DNA of 64,000 nucleotides from Paragordius varius (lineage: Eukaryota > Animalia > Nematomorpha), in assembly GCA_964247055.1 (NCBI GenBank), contig OZ176058.1, forward strand, positions 3,534,001 to 3,598,000, in the 5' to 3' direction. Positions 55,418 through 64,000 of this stretch are shown here, one piece after another; the first letter of the stretch is position 1; every line of letters starts with the position of its first letter. Under the pieces are notes generated by a model, which made no database searches, was not told where the DNA came from, and was given only the letters and a program-made list of their open reading frames with translations. A program made the translations under genes and the position numbers.

Positions 55418-56661
55418 CACTGTGTGCAAAAAAGAGGGTCATTTTGATTTAACGAAAAAAATTTTTTTTATAAGATAGCATATGACCAGTGAATTCATTT
55501 GCCGCAAAAAATATTATTTGTTGACAACTTAGTTTTTGAAATATTGAGAGAAAATCAAAATCGGGCAAACGGTGAAAATTAAGGATAATTAAGGATAATT
55601 CAAAATATAATAAAATTTGAGATATTATGGTTTATTATCATTTTAGAAGATATTTTAATATATAAATAGCATAAAATATTATAGTTAGGTCTATAATATT
55701 TAAGCTCAAAAGATGGCGTTTTTCTTTTAACACACTCACAAGACAAATTTTTTTATTAAACTATTTTAGTATAATTTTTTTAATTAATTACCAGCTAAAC
55801 TCACTTTTAAAATCTTAACATCCATATTTTATTCAGTAAAAAAAACTTATATATCAAAATAAAACCAAAAAATATTGTTTTTATTTTTACATTATTTTCT
55901 GGTTTGTGAGTGTATAAAATATTTGTACTGTTCTATTTTGGAATCTAACATAGGTGCGAATTATAAAGTATATATTTTAGGCATAATAGGATTTAAAAGT
56001 AGTGGAAAATCTACCAAATATCCGTACAAATCCCAATACAAATATTAATTTGTCAAAAACAGACTTGTTACAGGGATATGTAAGGATAGTTGGATAATAT
56101 TCCACTACTTTTGAATCATATTTTGCATAAATTATATCTTAATATTCCCACTCATGTAAGAATCCAAAATAAAACAGTATAAATTTTGTATACACTCATG
56201 AACACGATGACAAAAAAATGCAAAAATAAAAAACAATATTTTTGGTTTTATTTTGATATATAAAGTATCTACTAAATAAAATATAAATGTTAAGATTTTA
56301 ATAGTGAGTTTAGGTAGTAAATAATTAAAAAATATGTTTTAATATAGTTTCATTAAATTTATGTTTTTTAAGTGTTATAAAAGAAAACCACCATCTTTGG
56401 AGTTGAAATTTTATAGGAACCCTAACTATATTATTTGGCTATATATTGAAAATATCTCCTAAAATGTTAATAAACCATAATATTTCAAATTTTATCATTA
56501 TTATTTGAATTCTCCTTAATAATCCTTAATTTCATTTTTTGCCCGAATTCGATTTTCTTTTAATATTTCAAAAACTAGGTTGTCAACAAATAAAAATTTT
56601 TGCGGCAAATGAATACGCTGGTCATAGCTATCTCATAAAAAAAAATTTTTTGAACACAGCG
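55418..56661. mobile_element. Fold-back non-autonomous CACTG (CMC superfamily) element, copy B only
   Basis: Termini CACTGTGT...ACACAGCG; arms ~55418..56034 and ~56073..56661 are reverse complements with ~40-bp spacer. Empty site gaatttatttttcaaaac in copy A (~28945) implies a ~3-bp (ttt) TSD. Confidence 0.85.
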
Positions 56662-57889
56662 TTTTTCAAAACAAAATTTTATTTAAACATTTCGACTTAT
56701 ATAAATTTTATTAGAATAGAAGCATAAATTTAAATTGAGACCGTTTTTTTTGGTTTTTAAAAAATAAAGCTAAGGTTGGAAAATGAAAGGGGAAATTAAC
56801 AAAGATTTGGTTTTTCTTTCATCGTATAATCGTTTGAGTTTTAATATTCCCAGTATTTAAATACTCTGTTTTATTTAAATAAAATTTTTATCGTGAATAA
56901 ATTATTAAATTGTGGTTGTTGAAAAATTTACAAAATTGTTTTTGTACCAAAATATAACATTTTTAAATGCTATATTAACACTTTTAGTCGTATACGCATT
57001 CAGTTTTATGTAATTTTATTTTATTTTAATATAAATTAATAATATTCATTCCACCTATGTTTTCCATTATATATATGAATTATATGAATGGATTTCCATA
57101 TTTGACCTTTTATATTTGAAGATATTATTCATTGTGATTCATTTTTGGACATATTTTTTTGAAAAAATAATTTATATTTATTTTTGTATCTATATATAAA
57201 CATTAATTTTTGTTTTGAGCATTTATATGTTTCATATTTTAAATTTTATCACTATCAATTATTTTCTATAAAAAAATAGCAATAAAGATTTGATAAAATA
57301 ATTATAATGGATTCAGTTAAAAACTAATATTTTATTGTTTTACATTTCCCATTAAAAAAATTTCTATAATTTTTAAAAAAACTACTGCTTTGCGAATTGG
57401 CCTACTTGGCCTACTATTGAAATAAGCAACCAAAATGCATACTGTATAAACAGTATGCATTTTAATGTATGTTCAGTAATTTTAATGCCAGTCCAATAAC
57501 ATAAATGTATCCAATGCGTAAAATACTGACCCACGAAATTATTTCGTAGTACACATATGAAAGAGGATTGACGTGAGAATTAACATAGGCTTTAATTTTA
57601 TGGATATTTTGTAATGTTATGAGAATAATATAGCAATTTATGTTAACATTTGTACTATTGTTGTTACGTATTTAGATGAGGAATTTTGTGGGTTTTTATC
57701 TTTGATAAATTAATAAATAGTAAAATACGTAGTTTAAGATTTTTTATGTTAATTATTCCTAAATTTAATAATATATATTCAACATGCTAAATACCTGTAT
57801 TAATTAATATTGGTATTATAATTTTATATAGTTGTTATTACTAATTAAAAAAACACAGGTAAATATATATATGTGAAAATTTAAGTAGA

Positions 57890-58640
57890 TTTTAGATTTT
57901 TGTCTTTTATGTTTCGCATTGTTAATTATTAATAATTTTTAAGTATTTCAGACATTTTAATCAGGTGGTTTTTAAATTTAATCAAATTTATTTTTTTTTG
58001 TTTTTTTATGTAACATTGTTAATTGTAATTAATTACTACATATTTCGGACATTTTAATAAATACAGGTAAAAATTGCGGTTTTTAACAAATTTAGTAAAA
58101 ATTTAGTTTTTTTGTTTTTTAGGTTTTGCATTGTTAATTGTAATTAATTACTACATATTTTGGACATTATAATAAATACAGGTAAAAATTGCGGTTTTTA
58201 ACAAATTTAGTAATTTTTTTTTTTTATTTTTTAGGTTTTGCATTGTTAATTGTAATTAACTACTACACATTTTGGACATTATAATAAATACAGGTAAAAA
58301 TTGCGGTTTTTAGCAAATTTAGTAAAAATTTATTTTTTTTATTTTTTTAGGTTTTGCATTGTTAAATGTAATTAATTACTACATATTTTGGACATTTTAA
58401 TAATTACAGTTAAAAATTGCGGTTTTTAATAAATTTAGTAAAAATTTAACATTTTTGTATTTTGTATCATTGTTATTTGTTATTAATTAATAAATATTTT
58501 ATAAATTTTAATAAATCGGTTTTTAATAAATGAGTAAAATTTTTAATTTTTTGTTCAACGTTGCTAATTTATTAATTACTATATATTTTTGATACATTGA
58601 TATATACAGGTAAAAATTTCTGTGATTTGCAGTTCTTTAA
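57890..58640. repeat. Tandem repeat, ~115-bp unit, 4 good copies plus decayed flanks
   Basis: ttgcggt recurs near 58074, 58190, 58301 and 58418; unit ggttttgcattgttaattgtaattaattactacatattttggacatt..acaggtaaaaattgcggttttt. Confidence 0.9.
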
Positions 58641-58950
58641 ATTTTTAAGAAAATGATTTTTTTGTTTTACATTGATAACCAATATAATAAATATAGTTAA
58701 CATATCTGAGCATACAGGTAAAAATAGATGTTACGCTTTTAGGTTTGACATTTTTTCAAATCCAACTATGTATATTTTAACAAACACCTTATGTCACCAA
58801 AAATTGAAAATAAGATCAAGATATATAAAACATCTTTTAAAGTATCTGAATATTGCCAAATATAAATAAATTTATTTAAAATATAAATGTGTAATTATAC
58901 AAAATATTCATAATATTATGATTGAAACTAGCTTCTTCTTATTGATATTA

Positions 58951-61570
58951 ATGCAATCGTTGTGGAGTAGCCACATACAAATGTCCTGCCTGGAACTGTA
59001 ATTGTAATAAATGTGGAAAACCTCACCACTTCTTAAAAATGTGTAGATCAAAAAACACTGCCAAAAATTTGTTCAACCGCCAGATCCATAGAAAAGCAAT
59101 GCCAACCTCACCGTGGACCGTAAGAATAATGATAATACAGAACAAACGTTGATCTATGACACTGGGGCTGACATCAGTATTATCAGCTTTGACACCTGGA
59201 AAAAAGTTGGAAAGCCAAATATAAGACCCATACCGCCAGTAAAAGCCTAATGATAGTATAGTACAGTGGTACTCACCAAAAAAATTTGACGGGCCAAATA
59301 AAACATAGTTTTTTTCGAGGGCCATGAACCTTATAATTGTAATGTTCCATAGCTATTTGACACATACGCATATATTTATACTCTAAATCAGCACAATGAA
59401 TTTTTTGCGGGTCGCATGTAAATCCAGTTATAAACTCGTTTTGCACCATTTAGTATAAAAATTAAAATATTTTAACAACATTTATTTTGATATTAACCAA
59501 TAATTTTTGACAAAATTGGTTTGGCCTCATGACAAGCCAATCTTAATACGTCGTCCATATGATCATTGGTTAAGCGATTTCTCTATGTATTCTTGATATA
59601 CTTTATTTTTGAATAGGCCCTCTCACACGCGTAAGTTGATGGAAAAACAGTTAGGATAACTTGGGCACATTTTTTTATATTTTGTTATTTATTTGGCACA
59701 TATTGCCAAAACTCTACATATATTTCTTCTCTACGATTTTACTTAAATATAGCTACCAAATTGGAATCATTAAAATCAACTAATTCTTCAAAGATAAGCG
59801 CCTCAAAACCGAAAAACTCATGCTTAATGTTGGATATATCCATATGCCAAGGATTTACAACGAGTTTTAAGCAATTTTTAATATTTTTTAATTCTTGAAA
59901 CCTTCATCTCATTAGATAAAAATGTTAAATGATTGTCTATTATTAAATTAATCTCCGCCGTAAATTCCATATTTTCTTTAATCGTTTTAAGTGATGGAAA
60001 ATGTAGGAGTGTTTTATTTATAAAATCTTGTTATATATTATTTTTTTTTAAAAAAAGCAAATATATGATTAGCAAATTGGGTATTATTTTGCTCCCTTGA
60101 AGACTTGTATTAAAAGTAATAAGTTTAGAAGTAATGTCGCAAAGGTAGGTCGATAAAACCCACCATTTGTCACTATTAATTTCCTCGTCAAACTTTCTGT
60201 TATCTTTAAATAATAGAATTGCATGTCATAAAACAAAAAATCTATTTAATACTTTGCAAAGGCTTAGCCATCTCACAGCGGTGTACAAAAGAATATCATC
60301 AAACTCACTGTGGATATCTTTCTGAAGGTTTTTGATACGGCGGTTAAATTCTTTGCCACGGATGTTGAAAGCCATGGAGATAATAGATTTTTCTTTCTGG
60401 CATAATTCCTTAATCTTTTTATATTTTTCGTTTCTTACCTCATGATTTTCTGTTAATTTATAAGAATAATGGATTGTAAATGTATTTGAATATTGTATTT
60501 TTTTAATTATGTTGTCCTACATATAAGAGATATAACATTTTTATTTAAAACGACAATTTTCTTCCAATTTTTTTTCAAGGAGCAATTTTCATCGGATTAA
60601 TTACGTTTTTTAGCATTAGATGTCATCCTTTGAATTTATCTAAAATATTATGTATATTTTTTCAGTAAATATGTATAACCTGAATGCTATTAAAAAACAG
60701 GTCGAAATTCAATGACATTGATTTGAAAAATAATGCAGGATAGCATTGAAAAGAATATGTATTGCAAGTTTGGGTGAAAGGCTTGCTTAGATAGAAAAAA
60801 GGAATGCAATAAAAACCTTAAAATAAAATAAGATAGAATACGAAACAGAAACCAGTGCCAAAATTTTGAAATCATTTTAATGTAGTGAAATTCTACATTT
60901 CAAATTGGGTAAAAAATAAAAAAAACCAAAATTTTAAAGAAAATAAATAATTATTAAAATAAGAGAAAATTGTTAAAGTGATTTTAATAATCATCAATTA
61001 AAAATAATTATATGGTCATAGGGCAATTTTAGAGCACTCTTAGGGCCGCATGCGGCCCCGGGCCGCGGTTTGAGTACTACTGGTATAGTACCTCTACTGG
61101 GCGTAACAACAGTCGCAGTGCAAATCAATGAGAAAAACTTGGGAGACGCAGAATGTTGTGTATTGAAAGAAAAATGTCAAAGGCATCGCTCATTTGTGGT
61201 TTAGATTGGATCATAAGATTCAACATCGACATTCCTAAAGTACGAATTAATTTTCTTAAACTTAATTATTGAAAATTTTCCTAATCTTTTTATGGAGGAA
61301 TCAGGCTGTTGAGCCAGTTACAATTCATATAGCACACAATGCCTCCCCCAAAGTTTGGCCTTGTCGCCGAGTACCGTTTTTCCTAGGAGCAAAAGTTGAA
61401 AACAAATTGCTAAAATTACAAAAGTTAGACATTTTGGAGCCAATAGATCCCAACCTTACACCTCTGACATGGGATACGCCCACCGTCAATGTGCTCAAAG
61501 CGAATGGAGAGGTAAGAATTTGTAGCGATAGAGTTACGATCAAAAAGTGGCTGAGTGAGGACTCTCATAT
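58951..61570 (+). mobile_element. Fourth Gypsy fragment (zinc knuckle-protease, then pre-RT/RT start) split by the hAT
   Basis: 58951..59263 and 61083..61570 are contiguous in copies A/B; ORF 61269 contains EPIDPNLTPLTWDTPTVNVLKANGEVRICSD. Confidence 0.9.
59264..61082 (-). mobile_element. Same Buster-type hAT, nested in Gypsy gag-pol with intact 8-bp TSD
   Basis: TIR cagtggtactca/tgagtactactg; TSD gtatagta at 59256..59263 and 61083..61090; single gtatagta at the empty site (minus strand ~44753). Confidence 0.95.
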
Positions 61571-62354
61571 TGAATAAAAATGTAATAAATTTAGAATTAC
61601 GTATTAAGATTTTCCACTAACTTCTCTTTTTCATGAAAATAGAAAAGTTTAGCTAAATAAATAAAAAACGAGTTGAATATATAAAAATTACTTATATAAG
61701 TTATTAGCGGTTAATAACTGATTTATTTTAACATAAGTTGTGCTTTTGATTAGTAATAAAATTAAATATATTTATAGTTTCATTGTGACATGTGTTATGA
61801 TAAAAGCAAATTATTTTTTTGTATGTGTATATTATATGAATATAAATCAAATACCTTAAAAAATTTGCTTGATTAAATACTATTCATTTACTTCATTTGT
61901 TAATTTTTATTGCTAGAAATAAAAATTGATAATGTGATATAAAAAAATTTGCATTACACTGGTGAAGGTGGTATAAGATCTTTTCTGTAAACATTAACGA
62001 TGTGAATCTACTGCTCCTTTTCTTGACTTTTTTGATGAAATTAAAAAACTTTACTCGGAGTGCGATTATTTTTTATAAAATAAATATTAAATATAAATTT
62101 GTGATTTTGCATATGTTTATTTTGACAGTTAATGGAAACTATAATAAAATCGTTAGTTTAATATTTATACACATTTAGGGCAGTTTTTCCAAACTTCTCT
62201 TCTGTATCCAACTTTGAATAGGTAAAATTAGCCAAAAATAACAAATAAACAGACCAAAGGTTCCAACCACATATAAAATTTAAATTATATACATTAAAAG
62301 TTACTAAAATATTTTTTTCTCATATTTTTGTATATGTCAAGTGTGCCCTATACC

Positions 62355-64000
62355 TAAGGTGACCAGACGTCCCGCTTTTGGCGGGACAGTCCCGCTTTTT
62401 CACACTTTGTCCCGCGTCCCGCGACGTTTTTAAAATGTCCCGCTTTTTCACGATTATATAAAAAAAATTTTTTAATACAAATATATTTTTTTATCCGTTT
62501 AAATTTTTTATCATTAATTATCTTTAAAATCTATATAAATTTTAAATTAAAATGTTTTATTTTTAAATTAAAATTTATTTTTTCGAATATATATCATATG
62601 ATAATACACTTTCCTTCCTACTACTACTGTCATCGTTATTAAAAAGCCAAGTTAATACAATCTCTAGATTAAAAGACAAATTGATACCACAAATCGGTAC
62701 CTTACACCTTTATTCCAGAAAATTAAAGTAATATAATATTTATTATACTAATATTTTAGTTTTATTACTTGCCAACATTATTAAAAAGCAAAATAATACC
62801 ACAAATCGGTAGCTTAAATGACAATTTGTTACCACAAATCGGTACCTTACACGTTTATTCCAGAAAATTAATGTAATATAATATTTATTATAATAATAGT
62901 AGTTTATAAATATGAGCACAAAAAGAGGTTGTAAATTCAACGATGAATTAATGAAAGATTTTTCTTTTATCAAAAAAACGAGATGAATCATCTGTTAAAT
63001 GTCTTATATGCGAGGGGGAATTCACCCTAGCACATGGCGGCAAGCATGATATTACAAAGCATATGGAAACAGAGAAACAAAAAAAATGTTTAGATATGGC
63101 CAGCATCATCTTACAAAATGAGCGATTTTTTTCGAAAAACCGCTTTTGGAGAGGAAGAAAAGAATTTGGCACTAGCTGAGGGCGTTTTATCTTTTCACGT
63201 CCTTAATCACAATCATTCCTTTAGATCTATGGACTGTACCTCACAGGTTATTCGCACGTTATTCCATAAAAAATTATTATGTGCCCGTACAAAGGCTGAA
63301 GCCATTGTGTGCAATGTCCTTTCTCACATGCATTTTCTGAAATACAAAAAGATTTGCTGAAAATTAATTTCTTATCCCTATACTCTGATGCATCAAATCA
63401 CACGAAACAAAATTATTTCCCACTTTAATAAGATATTTTGATTCAAAAACCGGAATAAAAATTAAAATTTTAGATTTAATTTCTCTACCCGGTGAAAATT
63501 CCGAAATATTATTTACAATAATGCATATTGAAAAAAATAATTTAAAAGATAAAATTATCGCATATTGCGCTGACAACACCAATACGAACTTTGGTCTAAA
63601 AGCAAGGAGGGGAACAAAAAATATTTTTCATAAATTAACAGATAATCTTAATCAAAACATTATTGGCGTTGGCAGTGCAGCGCATATAATACACAACTCA
63701 AACAGCTGCTGATTTGTTACCCCTAGATGTGCAAAATGTAGTTGCTAAAATATATTCCTATTTTTATATATACACGGTACGTGTTGAAACGCTTAAAGAA
63801 TTCTGTGAAAATGCAGAAGTTCAATATCAAAAAATGCTTGGATATTGTAAAACTCGTTGGTTAGCTTTTACGCCATCTATCGAAAGAATTTTAAAAATGT
63901 AAGATCCTTTAAAATCTTTTTTTATCACAGGACAAATGTCCTACAACTTTAAAAAAGTTTTCTAAAAGTGATTCTTCAAAAATATGGTTAGAATTCTTAC
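62355..64000 (+). mobile_element. hAT transposon 5' end, running off the window
   Basis: TIR taaggtgaccagacgtcccgc with subterminal gtcccgc repeats; transposase pseudogene follows. Confidence 0.9.
62912..64000 (+). pseudogene. hAT transposase pseudogene (frameshifts, stops)
   Basis: MSTKRGCKFN, BED finger CLIC..H..H, CARTKAEAIV, first catalytic SDASNH, YCADNTNTNFG, (C>S)AAH, KTRWLA. Confidence 0.88.

Larger units (their letters stand above)
33214..57450 (+). repeat. Segmental duplication, copy B (partner 1202..30115)
   Basis: Same evidence as copy A; begins abruptly after unrelated sequence at 33213. Confidence 0.95.

Noticed and set aside
57890-58640. CRISPR-like array
   Set aside because: The whole ~115-bp unit repeats; no unique spacers, no cas genes, eukaryotic context.

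Overview
Very AT-rich eukaryotic (animal-like) genomic DNA with no prokaryotic features; the organism cannot be named from sequence alone. The window is dominated by a ~32-kb direct segmental duplication (copy A from 1202, copy B from 33214, offset 32,012 bp). Its first ~5.4 kb looks identical, and the rest is patchily diverged. Each copy carries a decayed Ty3/Gypsy element (minus strand), an RTE-type LINE relic, hAT relics, MITEs, and three exons of an unrecognised cysteine/tryptophan-patterned protein. The middle exon of that gene is strikingly hypervariable between copies. Copy-specific insertions include a Penelope-like inverted pseudo-LTR carrying two hammerhead-ribozyme motifs (inside the Gypsy RT of copy A), a 1.24-kb CACTG fold-back element (copy B), a Buster-type hAT nested in Gypsy gag-pol fragments, and a profilin-like exon. 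An unexplained GC-rich island of back-to-back hairpins lies at 3.2-4.0 kb (repeated at 35.2-36.1 kb). A BED-finger hAT transposase pseudogene runs off the right edge. All identities quoted are by-eye comparisons, not computed alignments.
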